Shown here: one piece after another, positions 9,223 to 20,000 of the stretch
Position numbering within the stretch: the stretch's first letter is position 1
Layout: each line of letters starts with the position of its first letter
Virus record (IMG/VR): IMGVR_UViG_3300012665_000072
Coordinates: 1-30,872 of that record
From: a virus
Taxonomy: Duplodnaviria; Caudoviricetes
Strand: one strand, 5' to 3'
DNA length: 30,872 nucleotides
Made by a program: the position numbers and the translations under genes
Notes under the pieces: generated by a model
The model's input: the letters and a program-made list of their open reading frames with translations, nothing else
Databases searched by the model: none
Told to the model about the DNA's origin: nothing

Positions 9223-11651
9223 TGGAGAAACCACAAGTTTTAATTTCACAAAGGCCGTTCCCGAATCAGATGGCTACCGACGAAGAAAAGACAACTTTCG
9301 AGTACGGTCTTAAGGTAGCAAAATCTATCGAGGGGGAGTGGTTTAAGAGAAAGGCAAATTCGTGTAGGTTCTATCACCAGTGGGGAGAATTCCACCGATT
9401 GAGACTATACGCAAGAGGAGAGCAGCCAGTTCAGAAATATAAAGATGAATTGTCGATCAATGGAGACATGTCTATGTTAAACTTAGACTGGTCCCCTATT
9501 CCCATTATTCCCAAGTTTGTTGACCTTGTTGTAAACGGAATGTCTGAGAGACCTTATGCTATCAAAGCAGAGGCACAAGACGTTATGTCAGCTGAGAAGA
9601 AAAACATATTCCAGGATATGATTGAGTCTGACATGGTCGCAAAAGACTTCCTTCAGTTAACTAAAGATGAGTTTGGTGTTGATGCATTTAATGTTGATCC
9701 AAACGAACTTCCTGAGAACGACGAAGAATTGTCATTGTACATGCAGTTGAAATACAAACCAAGTATTGAGATTGCAGAAGAGGTAGCTATTGACACATTG
9801 CTCAAAATGAATGATTATGAGTATACTAAGAAGCTATATGACTATGACGTTACTACTATTGGTATTGGAGCTGTAAGACACACATTTTTAGTAAACGATG
9901 GTGTTAAGGTTGACTACGTTGACCCGGCTAATATGATTTACAGTTATACTGAGAAGAATGACTTCTCTGACTGTTATTACTTTGGTGAGGTTAAGATGGT
10001 TCACTACACTGAGCTACTTAAAATTGATCCTACACTTACAGATGAGCAACTTCAAGAGATTAGAAACGCTAGCTCTGCATGGTACGATTACTTCCCTATT
10101 GTTAGAAATTATCAAGACGACTCATTCTTAAATGAGGTCGTTACATTGCTATACTTCAACTACAAGACTGACAAACGTTTTGTATGGAAAAAGAAGATAC
10201 TTGAAAATGGTGGAGAGAGAGTTATCCGTAAGGATGAGTCATTCAATCCAATCATTGAAGATGGAATGATGTATGAAAGAGTAGAAGCCGTTCGTGACGT
10301 TTGGTACGATGGTATCTTAGTTGGTGGATCAAATATTCTTGTTAAGTGGGAGCTTATGAAGAATATGGTTCGTCCTAAGTCTGCTACTCAGAAAGCTCTT
10401 CCAAACTATGTGGTGCATGCGCCAAGAATGTACAAAGGAAATATCGAGTCTTTGGTTAGACGTATGATTCCATTTGCTGATCAGATTCAATTGACACACC
10501 TTAAGCTACAGCAAGTTATGGCTCGCGTAGTTCCTGATGGTGTATTCATTGATGCTGATGGTATTAATGAGGTTGACTTAGGTACCGGTGCAGCATACAA
10601 TCCTGAGGATGCGTTGAAACTATACTTCCAAACAGGTAGTGTTATCGGACGTAGCTACACTCAAGAAGGTGAGTTTAACAATGCTCGTATTCCAATTCAA
10701 GAGTTAAACACAAACAGTGGACAAGGTAAGATGGCTGCTTTAATCGGCAACTACAACCACTACTTAAATATGATCCGAGATGTAACCGGTATCAATGAGG
10801 CTAGAGACGCATCTACTCCTCATCCTGATGCATTGGTTGGTGTTCAGAAGTTAGCTGCATTGAATTCAAATACAGCTACTAGACACATTCTTGAATCTGG
10901 TCTATATACAACTAAACGATTGGCAGACTGTTTATCAGTTCGTATTGCTGACGTTTTAGAGTACTCTGACTTTGCCGAAGAGTTTGCTATGCAGATTGGT
11001 AAGTACAATGTGGCTATCTTAAATGACATTAAAGAACTTTATCTACATGACTTTGGTATCTTTATTGATCTTGCTCCGGATGAAGAGCAAAGATCTCAGT
11101 TAGAGGCAAACATTCAGATATCATTACAGCAACAAACAATTGACCTAGAGGATGCTATTGACATTCGAATGATCAATAACATTAAGTTGGCTAATGAGAT
11201 GCTTAAGGTTAAACGTAAGCGTCGTATGGAGCAACAGCAGAAACAAAAAGAGATGGAGTTCCAAATGCAAATGCAGTCGAACATTCAATCACAGCAAGCT
11301 GCCTCTGAACAAAAAGCACAACTTATCCAATTGGAAGCTCAGTCTAAAATGCAACTTAAGCAAGCTGAAACTGAGTATAGAATTAGAGAGATGCAGGCTG
11401 AGGTTGAGCTTAAACGTCAGTTAATGGATGTCGAGTTCCAATACAACATGCAATTAAAAGGCATGGAAGGTCAAGTTATCAAGGATCGCGATATGGAAAA
11501 AGAGAAAGCAAAAGACAAACGAGTTGACTTGCAGGCTACTAGACAATCAGACCTAATAAACCAAAGACAAAACAATCTACCTCCTAAGAATTTCGAGAGT
11601 ACTGAGGATAGTCTTGATGGGTTTGACTTAGAGTCTTTCGGGCCAAAATAG
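9222..11651 (+). CDS. Portal protein (809 aa)
   Basis: Directly follows terL (TAATG). It contains IIPKFVDLVVNGM and IRDVTGINEARD, plus a long Q/E/K/M-rich coiled-coil C-terminus like the barrel of podovirus portals. Confidence 0.85.
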   Translation: MEKPQVLISQRPFPNQMATDEEKTTFEYGLKVAKSIEGEWFKRKANSCRFYHQWGEFHRLRLYARGEQPVQKYKDELSINGDMSMLNLDWSPIPIIPKFVDLVVNGMSERPYAIKAEAQDVMSAEKKNIFQDMIESDMVAKDFLQLTKDEFGVDAFNVDPNELPENDEELSLYMQLKYKPSIEIAEEVAIDTLLKMNDYEYTKKLYDYDVTTIGIGAVRHTFLVNDGVKVDYVDPANMIYSYTEKNDFSDCYYFGEVKMVHYTELLKIDPTLTDEQLQEIRNASSAWYDYFPIVRNYQDDSFLNEVVTLLYFNYKTDKRFVWKKKILENGGERVIRKDESFNPIIEDGMMYERVEAVRDVWYDGILVGGSNILVKWELMKNMVRPKSATQKALPNYVVHAPRMYKGNIESLVRRMIPFADQIQLTHLKLQQVMARVVPDGVFIDADGINEVDLGTGAAYNPEDALKLYFQTGSVIGRSYTQEGEFNNARIPIQELNTNSGQGKMAALIGNYNHYLNMIRDVTGINEARDASTPHPDALVGVQKLAALNSNTATRHILESGLYTTKRLADCLSVRIADVLEYSDFAEEFAMQIGKYNVAILNDIKELYLHDFGIFIDLAPDEEQRSQLEANIQISLQQQTIDLEDAIDIRMINNIKLANEMLKVKRKRRMEQQQKQKEMEFQMQMQSNIQSQQAASEQKAQLIQLEAQSKMQLKQAETEYRIREMQAEVELKRQLMDVEFQYNMQLKGMEGQVIKDRDMEKEKAKDKRVDLQATRQSDLINQRQNNLPPKNFESTEDSLDGFDLESFGPK

Positions 11652-11669
11652 ACGTAAGTAAATAATACT

Positions 11670-11677
11670 TAACTTTG
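11670..11677 (+). promoter_or_regulatory. Bacteroidota -7 promoter element TAACTTTG for the scaffold-capsid unit
   Basis: Exact TAnnTTTG match in the portal-scaffold gap, 21 nt before the ATG at 11699. Confidence 0.75.
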
Positions 11678-11698
11678 TAACAATTAAATCTAATTATA

Positions 11699-12790
11699 AT
11701 GAGTGAATTTACAGTAAGAACAGTTGACTTCGAAGAGAAGTCATTAGCTGAGAAAGAAACAGAGCTTTTAAAAGCACATGAGGAACAAGTAGAGGAAACT
11801 CCGGTTGTTGACTTATCAAATATTGACACACCTCCGGCAAACGAGCCGGTTGAACTAGATGAATCTAGTGTAGTATCTTACTTAGGTAAGAGATGGAATA
11901 GAGAGATTACTTCTTTAGATGACTTAACTGAACAACGTTCGGCTAATGAAGATCTACCGGAGGACGTTTCTGCATTTCTAAAATACAAGAAAGAAACTGG
12001 ACGTGGTATTGAAGACTTTATCAATTTGAATAGAGACTACAACACCATGGATCAGGACACTTTGCTTCTTGAGTACAACCGAGAACAAAACAAAGGCTTA
12101 GACTTAGAGGACGTTAAGTTCGATTTGGAAGCCAAGTTTAGTTACGATGAAGACTTTGATGACGAAAAGGAAATCAAGAAAAAACAAGTAGCAAAGAAAA
12201 AAGAGCTTGCTAAAGCTAAGGAGTATTTTAATCAACTGAAGGATCAGTACAAGGTGCCGCTTGAGTCAAGGGAGACCTTTGTTCCACAAGAAGAAAGAGA
12301 TGCATACTCTGCTTACAAGAAACAGATAGAGTCTGGAGCTGAAATCCAGGAAGACCAAGCAAAGAAGTCGAAGTATTTTGCTGACAAAACAAATGAGTTA
12401 TTCTCTGATAAATTCGAAGGTTTCGGATTCAACATTGATGAGGGTAAGAAAGTTGTTTACACACCAGCAGATGCTAAGTCTTTGATTCAAGAACAATCTA
12501 ACTTATCGAACTTTGTAAATAAGTTCTTAAACGAAGAAGGTTACTTGAAGGATGCGGAAGTATTCCATCGTGCGATTGCTGTGGCCTCAAACCCTGAGAA
12601 ATTTGCTAAATTCTTTTACGAGAAAGGTAAAGCAGAGGCGGTTGATGGGATTGCTAAAGAATCAAAGAATATTGATATGGTTCGACAGGCAACCCAAGTA
12701 ACTAACAAAGCTGAGGGTCTACAGGTTAGAGCATCTGAACCAAGTGGGTTTGGTAACAGATTAGTTATTAAAAGTAAAAATAAAAACTAA
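11699..12790 (+). CDS. Putative capsid scaffolding/assembly protein (363 aa)
   Basis: Very acidic N-terminus, helical body and basic C-terminal tail. It lies between the portal and the MCP. Confidence 0.7.
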   Translation: MSEFTVRTVDFEEKSLAEKETELLKAHEEQVEETPVVDLSNIDTPPANEPVELDESSVVSYLGKRWNREITSLDDLTEQRSANEDLPEDVSAFLKYKKETGRGIEDFINLNRDYNTMDQDTLLLEYNREQNKGLDLEDVKFDLEAKFSYDEDFDDEKEIKKKQVAKKKELAKAKEYFNQLKDQYKVPLESRETFVPQEERDAYSAYKKQIESGAEIQEDQAKKSKYFADKTNELFSDKFEGFGFNIDEGKKVVYTPADAKSLIQEQSNLSNFVNKFLNEEGYLKDAEVFHRAIAVASNPEKFAKFFYEKGKAEAVDGIAKESKNIDMVRQATQVTNKAEGLQVRASEPSGFGNRLVIKSKNKN

Positions 12791-12795
12791 AAAAA

Positions 12796-14238
12796 ATGGC
12801 TGGTATTTTAGCAGGCACTCCTGGGGTAAGTTTAACTCCAAGTGCACAAAAAGTTGCTATTCCGGATAACTACATCACGGATTTCAACTTCTTAAATCAA
12901 TTTCTTCCTGACACTTACGAGCAGGAATTCGAGCGTTACGGTAACCGTTCAATCGCATCTTTCTTGCGTATGGTTGGTGCTGAGCTTCCTACAAACTCTG
13001 ACTTAATCAAATGGGCAGAGCAAGGTCGTTTGCATACAAAGTACACAAATGTTATTCCTAGTTCAGTGGCTACTTCGGATACGGCAACTTTTACAATGCC
13101 GACAACGTCTCCGGCAACTCTTTGTAACTTCAGATTAAATCAAACTGTATTTTTATCTTCTCAGACAGTTGCTGCTAATTCAGCTAAAGCTGTTATTAGT
13201 GCAGTTGCATCAGATGGTTCTACATTTACAGTTAAATTTTACGATTCTGATGGTTCTCCATTTACACAAACTACTGAACTTGTAACTGCATTCGTTTACG
13301 GATCTGAGTTCCAAAAAGGAGTTGGTGGAATGGAAGGTTCTTTGGAGGCTCAAGATGTATTCTTCGACGTTAAACCAATCATCATCAAAGACAAGTATAC
13401 TGTATCAGGATCTGATATGGCACAAATCGGATGGGTTGAGGTAACAACTGAGAACGGAGCAACAGGATACCTTTGGTATATGAAGTCTGAGCACGAAACT
13501 CGTTTACGTTTCGAGGATTACTTAGAAATGGCAATGGTAGAGGGTGTTCCTGCTGAAACTTCTTCTGCTGCATTAGCTTACTTATCTCCTTCTGACAAAA
13601 CAACGTTTGCTGGTGGTACTGCTGGTTCAACTGCTGCTGGTACTAAAGGTTTATTCTACGAAATTGAAGACCGTGGAAATGTTTGGTCTGGTGGTATTCC
13701 ATCTGCATTGTCTGACTTCGATACAATCGTACAACGTTTAGACAAACAAGGAGCTATCGCTGAGAACACATTGTTCATCAACCGTCAGTTCTCTTTCGAT
13801 ATCGACGATATGTTGGCTGCACAAAACTCTTACGGAGCAGGTGGTACGTCTTACGGATTGTTTGATAACGATGAGCAAATGGCATTGAACTTAGGTTTCA
13901 CTAGTTTCCGTCGTGGATATGACTTCTACAAAACAGACTGGAAATACTTGAACGACGCTACACTTCGTGGTGGTATCGTTGGTGGAGCTGTAAATGGGGT
14001 TTTAGTTCCTGCTGGAACAATGAACGTTTATGACCAAGTTCTTGGTAAAAACGCGAAACGTCCATTCTTACACGTTCGTTACCGTGCTTCTGAATCTGAA
14101 AACCGTCGTTACAAAACATGGATGACAGGATCAGCAGGTGGTGCACAAACAAGTGACCTAGATGCAATGGAGGTTAACTTCTTGTCAGAGCGAGCGCTTT
14201 GTACATTAGGAGCTAACAACTTCTTCATCTTCAAATAA
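12796..14238 (+). CDS. Major capsid protein (480 aa)
   Basis: Position after the scaffold gene, strongly biased codon usage, motifs EQEFERYGNRSIASFLRMVGAE, PIIIKDKYTVSGSD and FLSERALCTLGANNF, and a terminator downstream. Confidence 0.88.
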   Translation: MAGILAGTPGVSLTPSAQKVAIPDNYITDFNFLNQFLPDTYEQEFERYGNRSIASFLRMVGAELPTNSDLIKWAEQGRLHTKYTNVIPSSVATSDTATFTMPTTSPATLCNFRLNQTVFLSSQTVAANSAKAVISAVASDGSTFTVKFYDSDGSPFTQTTELVTAFVYGSEFQKGVGGMEGSLEAQDVFFDVKPIIIKDKYTVSGSDMAQIGWVEVTTENGATGYLWYMKSEHETRLRFEDYLEMAMVEGVPAETSSAALAYLSPSDKTTFAGGTAGSTAAGTKGLFYEIEDRGNVWSGGIPSALSDFDTIVQRLDKQGAIAENTLFINRQFSFDIDDMLAAQNSYGAGGTSYGLFDNDEQMALNLGFTSFRRGYDFYKTDWKYLNDATLRGGIVGGAVNGVLVPAGTMNVYDQVLGKNAKRPFLHVRYRASESENRRYKTWMTGSAGGAQTSDLDAMEVNFLSERALCTLGANNFFIFK

Positions 14239-14251
14239 GAAGAACAAATAT

Positions 14252-14281
14252 GAGAGGGGTTTAGGCCCCTCTCTATTTTTT
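14252..14281 (+). terminator. Rho-independent terminator after the MCP
   Basis: Hairpin GAGAGGGG-tttagg-CCCCTCTC (14252-14273) followed by TATTTTTT. Confidence 0.85.
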
Positions 14282-14303
14282 ATTGTAAATTAAATTATAT
14301 CAA

Positions 14304-15065
14304 ATGAAAAGAGTAAAACTAGATTCAAAAGATCGTACCTATCTTTTAAAAGGTAATTCAGCCCCATTAACTTATTTTATCTTATCTCGCGATACAAAGC
14401 GAAAAAGATTACTTTACTTCGATGAAGAAGATGGAGTAAATCTTACATTAAGATATGCAAGAAATCAAAATAGTCCATTTGAACATGAACAAGATGCTAA
14501 TGCTATATTAGAGCCAATTGTTTTTGAAGACGGAGTATTAATAGTCCCAAGAACAAACCCAGTGCTTCAAGAGTTTTTACATTACCATCCTGGTAACGGA
14601 ACTGAGTTCTATGAATTTGACTCAGAACGAGATGCTCAACAAGATGTTGAATACTTGGTGTCAGAAATTGATGCATTAATTGCAGTTCGTGAATTAACTC
14701 AAAATGACTTTAACAAATTAGAAGCTATTGCTCGATTAGTATTAAACGGAAATGTTGATACAATGAGTTCAGCTGAGGTTAAACGTGATATGATGTTATT
14801 TGCTAAACGTTATCCTCAAGACTTCATGGAAGCATTAGACGATCCATCATTGTCAATTAACAATATTGCATTCAAAGCAATCTCAGAAGGATACTTGACA
14901 TTCAGAAATGGTAAGGATATCTATTACAACTTGAAAGACAACAAGAAACGTTTATTGACTGTTCCATTTGGAGAAGACCATTTATATGTGTTATCTTCTT
15001 ACTTGCAGTCTAACGAAGGTTTAGAGTTGTACAAATTCTTGGAAGAAAAGATCTCCAATATTTAG
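14304..15065 (+). CDS. Hypothetical post-capsid protein (253 aa)
   Basis: Clean ORF with an A-rich leader and motifs LRYARNQNSPF and LQEFLHYHP. Function is not recognisable. Confidence 0.7.
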   Translation: MKRVKLDSKDRTYLLKGNSAPLTYFILSRDTKRKRLLYFDEEDGVNLTLRYARNQNSPFEHEQDANAILEPIVFEDGVLIVPRTNPVLQEFLHYHPGNGTEFYEFDSERDAQQDVEYLVSEIDALIAVRELTQNDFNKLEAIARLVLNGNVDTMSSAEVKRDMMLFAKRYPQDFMEALDDPSLSINNIAFKAISEGYLTFRNGKDIYYNLKDNKKRLLTVPFGEDHLYVLSSYLQSNEGLELYKFLEEKISNI

Positions 15066-15073
15066 TATATTTG
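15066..15073 (+). promoter_or_regulatory. Bacteroidota -7 promoter element TATATTTG
   Basis: Exact TAnnTTTG match immediately after the TAG at 15063-15065. Confidence 0.7.
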
Positions 15074-15102
15074 TACTTTATAAACCCATTAATTTTTTAG
15101 AC

Positions 15103-15399
15103 ATGGAAAAATTTATTAGTATCCCGGTTACTAGTCAACCAAACCAATTAATTTCAGCTACAAATGTTGTTTTAGTTGCTTCAGGACTAGGTTCTGCAAA
15201 CAGTAGCGGAACTGCTGTTACAACTACAATCACTTATTCTGGTGGTAAAGTAGTTACATTAACTCATGCAGCTCAAGTTGCTTTTAGTATGCGTACTGCT
15301 ATTCAAGATGCAATTAATAATGCATTGCAAACATCTTGGACAAACGTTACATATGTAGCGACTGTTCCTCAAGCTGTTAGTGCAGTTACTGTAGCATAA
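15103..15399 (+). CDS. Small A/T/V/S-rich protein (98 aa), candidate abundant virion accessory protein
   Basis: Flanked by its own promoter motif and terminator. Codons are dominated by ACT/ACA, GCT/GCA and GTT/GTA. Confidence 0.65.
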   Translation: MEKFISIPVTSQPNQLISATNVVLVASGLGSANSSGTAVTTTITYSGGKVVTLTHAAQVAFSMRTAIQDAINNALQTSWTNVTYVATVPQAVSAVTVA

Positions 15400-15418
15400 T
15401 AAACCTACTATTACTGAG

Positions 15419-15449
15419 AAGGCACTTTTTAATCGAAGTGCCTTTTTTT
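15419..15449 (+). terminator. Rho-independent terminator
   Basis: Hairpin AAGGCACTT-tttaatcg-AAGTGCCTT (15419-15444) running into a T7 tract. Confidence 0.85.
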
Positions 15450-15452
15450 ATT

Positions 15453-15460
15453 TATCTTTG
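15453..15460 (+). promoter_or_regulatory. Bacteroidota -7 promoter element TATCTTTG for the neck/tail unit
   Basis: Exact TAnnTTTG match just downstream of the terminator, 14 nt before the ATG at 15475. Confidence 0.7.
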
Positions 15461-15474
15461 TAAAAAGCAGACAC

Positions 15475-16167
15475 ATGATTAATGATGTTCGAAATATCGT
15501 TTTATCCATACTAAACAAAGAGAATAGAGGCTATGTGACTCCCATGGAGTTTAACTTATATGCCAAGCAAGCTCAGTTAGATATCTTCGAGAACTACACG
15601 TTCTTGTACAGCAATGCAATCAACAAGCAGAACGCTCGGATGCATGGTGAAGGATATTCAGACATCCCTAAAAACATTGGTGAGGTTATTGATTCTTTTT
15701 ATGAAAGACAATCATTGAATTATAACAGTCCAGTATTTACACCGCCTTCTGATTATTATTTCTTAGATAAATTAATATACAACAATAGTAAAGAGATAGA
15801 GAAGGTTAGTCATAGAAAGATAAACTATCTATTGGATTCAAACTTAACGGCACCTACAACTACTTATCCTGTTTACACATTGGAGAATGATGGTATAATT
15901 GTTTACCCAACAATAATTACAACTAACGTAACGGCTCAATATGTAAGATATCCTAAGGATCCAAACTGGACCTATGTGTCTATAAGTAACGGTGATCCGG
16001 TATTTAGTGCATCAGCAGCAGGTTATCAAGACTTTGAGCTACCAAACAGTGACTTTGCGAACTTGGTTGTAAAAATTTTGTACTACGCTGGTGTTCAGAT
16101 TAGGGAAGAGCAAGTAGCTCAGGCTGCAAAAGGAGAAGAGATTCAAGACGCACAACAAAAACAATAA
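15475..16167 (+). CDS. Putative head-tail adaptor/ring protein (230 aa)
   Basis: Motifs LNKENRGYVTPMEFNLYAKQAQ, AQYVRYPKDPNW and DFELP..D...LV..IL.YAG, consistent with tail tubular/ring proteins. Position between the head and tail genes supports this. Confidence 0.6.
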   Translation: MINDVRNIVLSILNKENRGYVTPMEFNLYAKQAQLDIFENYTFLYSNAINKQNARMHGEGYSDIPKNIGEVIDSFYERQSLNYNSPVFTPPSDYYFLDKLIYNNSKEIEKVSHRKINYLLDSNLTAPTTTYPVYTLENDGIIVYPTIITTNVTAQYVRYPKDPNWTYVSISNGDPVFSASAAGYQDFELPNSDFANLVVKILYYAGVQIREEQVAQAAKGEEIQDAQQKQ

Positions 16168-16170
16168 TAG

Positions 16171-17079
16171 ATGGCTTACATTAGCAATTATCAGTACTAT
16201 ACAAATAATGGAGTTATTCCCGAAGATGCTAATTGGGGATCGTATCAGTATGTGAGCCTAGCTGACATGATAAACAACTTCATACTAATGTATGTCGGGA
16301 ACGATAAGTTGGTCAACAATGTAGATAGATATACAATCTTGTTCCATGCTAAGAGAGCAATCCAAGAGTTAAACTACGACGCATTAAAAAATATTAAAGT
16401 GCTTGAGTTCGAGATGGGTGACAACTTGAAGTTAGTCATGCCACCTGACTACATCAACTATGTAAGAATCTCAATGCTTCGTTCAGGTGTTCTATTACAA
16501 CTATCTGAGAACAGATCAGTTATGGATGCAACTGCATACTTGCAGGACAATCATGGCGACATCGTATTTGACTCAAATGGTAATGTGGTGGTAGGTCAAT
16601 CAAAACTTGACATCTTAAACCAAGAGCAACACTTATACACTGGTACTGGTCCATACAACGGATCATATGGGTGGAACTACGATGGTAATTGGTATTTTGG
16701 ATATAACATAGGTGGGCGTTTTGGGATGGACCCGTCAGAAGCGAACTCAAACCCTAAGTTCACAATCAATAAAGCTGCCGGTGTAATTAACTTTTCATCA
16801 GGTGTTAAGAACTCATTTATTGTTTTGGAATACATCTCAGACGGAATGGAGAACGGTGATGACAGTTTAATCACCATAAACAAAATGGCTGAGGAGTACA
16901 TATACAACTACCTCAAGTGGGCTTTGTTAAGCAACAAGTATGGTGTACAAGAGTACATCGTAAATAGAGTTAAGAAAGAAAAGACAGCTTCTCTTAGAAA
17001 TACAAAGATTAGATTAAGTAACCTACATCCTGCTAGACTTCTTATGAGTCTTAGAGGCAAGGATAAATGGATTAAATAA
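16171..17079 (+). CDS. Putative tail ring/structural protein (302 aa)
   Basis: Motifs FHAKRAIQELNYD, MPPDYINYVRIS, IVLEYISDG and KIRLSN. It precedes the stabilisation protein. Confidence 0.6.
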   Translation: MAYISNYQYYTNNGVIPEDANWGSYQYVSLADMINNFILMYVGNDKLVNNVDRYTILFHAKRAIQELNYDALKNIKVLEFEMGDNLKLVMPPDYINYVRISMLRSGVLLQLSENRSVMDATAYLQDNHGDIVFDSNGNVVVGQSKLDILNQEQHLYTGTGPYNGSYGWNYDGNWYFGYNIGGRFGMDPSEANSNPKFTINKAAGVINFSSGVKNSFIVLEYISDGMENGDDSLITINKMAEEYIYNYLKWALLSNKYGVQEYIVNRVKKEKTASLRNTKIRLSNLHPARLLMSLRGKDKWIK

Positions 17080-17081
17080 CT

Positions 17082-20000
17082 ATGGCTGAAATAGAAAAAA
17101 AGTTTTTATCCGGTAGGATGAATAAAGACGTGGACAAACGTCTTGTTGCTGATGGAGAGTATTTGGACGCTATAAACGTATCTGTAAATACATCAGAGGG
17201 TTCTACTATTGGTGCTGCACAAAACTCGTTAGGTAATGATCTTATTGGAGATATATCTAGCGTATTAGCTGCTAGGGGATTAAACTCTATAGTCAACCCA
17301 ATTGTCATAGGAGCACTTCCTTATGAGGCTAAGAACTTAATCTATTGGTTTGTTACATCAGATAACTTTGATGGTATATTTGAATACAACGAATTAACAG
17401 GAGATACCATATTAATACTCGGTAGTACTGTTGTAGGTGGTAAGACTCAACTCAACTTTAATAGACGTCACATTATCACTGGTGTTAACTATGTGTATAA
17501 TCCTGATGGCAGTCTATTGTTTTGGACCGATGGATACAATCCGCCTAGACGTATTAATATTGCTAGGTGTAAGACATATAACATTGATGATCCACAAATT
17601 AGCGATGACATTGACGTTGTTCTTAGGCCTCCATTAAGCGCTCCGTACATTAAACTATCAAATACTGACACTTTAAATCTTAGACCAAACAATCTAGAGC
17701 AAAAGTTTCTTTATTTTAGTTACCGATTCAAATATGTTGACAATGAGTACAGTTCAATGTCTCCATATTCAGCAGTATCTTTTCAACCGAGAGGATTTGA
17801 AATTGATATAGAGACCGGTGAGAATAAAGGTATGGTTAACATATTCAATCAAGCTAATGTAACATTTGAGACTGGTAATCAGTTTGTTAAGGAGATACAA
17901 TTACTTGTTCGCGATACAAGCGGACTGAATGTTCGGATTGTTGACTCATTTAACAAGGAAGATCTAGGTATCTCAGACAACTCGTCGTATGAGTTTACCT
18001 TCATGAATAACAAGACGTATGCCGCTCTACCGGCTGATCAGACGACTCGATTGTTTGACAATGTACCTTTATTGGCATCGGCTCAGGAGATCATTGGTAA
18101 CCGATTGATTTATGGTGACTACACTCAGTTTAGAAATATTGTATCATGTAATAATGAGTTCATAAACATTAACTATAAAGTTGACTATCAATCTGAATCT
18201 GTAGGTAATACACCTAAGCAAACATTTAGAAGTGATCGAGATTATGAGGTTGGTATTGTTTATGGGGATGATTATGGTCGTATCACTACCGTGTTAACGT
18301 CAAATGACACCAACTCTTCAAATGCAAATACTAACTCGGTATATATACCCCCTGTAAATTCTAGCACAGCTAACAGTTTATCGGTAACAATTAATAGTCC
18401 TGCACCTTGCTGGGCAACAAACTATCGATTCTTTGTTAAACAAGCTAAGAGTGATTATTACAATATATTCCCTAGAACATTTATAAAGGATGGTAACTAT
18501 AGATACTTTTTAATTAATGAGGCTGACAGGGATAAGATTATTGTAAACGGATACATAATATTCAAGGCGTTCGATAATGGACCTACTAATTCAAACAAGC
18601 AATTTAAAGTTCTTGAGCTTGAGTATAAGGAAGCCTTGTTTTTACCCAATGCGGTAGAAGGGTTGTACTTTAAGATTAAGGCAGGTTCAGGTGATACATT
18701 TTTATATACACCTGTACAACAAACATATTCAGATAATCAAAGTGGTAGAGGTCCAAAACCTGACTTATGTTTAGGTGATGGAACTCAATATCCTGTTTCT
18801 AACAGATATGCATCAATAGAAGGACCTATATATTATTCTGGATTGAATGATAATACAATTCAAAATACTGGACCCTCTATTTCTGTAGTATCATCTGCTT
18901 CTTTCCCAATTAATGCAAATTCAGATGCTAGAATTACTATTGAAATATTACCAGGAGGAACAACATTTCGTTGGACTGATGAAGTTGGATTATCTTATTG
19001 GATTGCTGATTTACCAATAACTACATCTCCCACTACATTAGTTATAAATATTAATACTTCTTTGACTATTTCATTTAATGCATTATTTGGATATAATGTT
19101 GGTGATAAATTCGTATTTAACGTAAGAGGTAATGGTGTTAATGCTGGGACACCTTCTCAACCTCAAGGAAATAGAGGTTTACCTTCTTCGACATCTTATC
19201 TAATAGGAAATACAAATAATTATGGGGGACATGCTATATTAAAAGGTCCTGGGGAGATATTTCCAGGGGCTTATATATCTATTGAGATATTGAATGATGG
19301 ACCGTCTAATAATGCTCCGGGTCAAAATGCAACTTTCACGTCATGGTTTTCTAATGCATACTATAAAGATATTGAAGAATGGTTTTGGCAATCAGGCGCC
19401 TATGCTACATTTGTTCAATACGATCAAAATAATAATAATATTACTGCAACAGGAGTTACATTTAGATATGGTGTTAATGTAACAGATTACAATTTAAGTG
19501 ACCCATCAAATTCAATAAAACAACTTAGCAGTGGTGATAAATACATGTTAATTAGAGGGTTTGGTGATAGTAGTGGATGTAATAGAAACTTAATACAAGC
19601 TAAAATTACAGTCACTCAAACCCCATCAAACAAACAACTAATCGCTGAGACTGTTCCGAAAGAAAGTGATCTTGATATCTTCCATGAATTAAGCCATACG
19701 CACCCCGTTGAAAATGGAAAACATATTGTTCTTTGGCATTACGACATATCAACAGCAGATGCATTAGGAACTAAACTTTCAAACTTAGACCACAAGTTCC
19801 CTCACTATTATAGTGTAGGTGATATGGTTTATGTAAGGGCTACCAATATACCAATTGGTTTCTATGAGGTATTATTGACGCCTGATCGTTACACAGTTGT
19901 AATTGACTTTGCTTTTCCTGGAACAAGTCAATCTGGAGCTATAGCATTTAATAGCACGGATCAAGACCAAGGCACAGTCTTCAATGCAGCGAAGGTCATG

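Noticed and set aside
7003-14238. Introns or inteins in terL, portal or MCP
   Set aside because: The ORFs are continuous, and I saw no intein splice motifs or homing endonuclease motifs.
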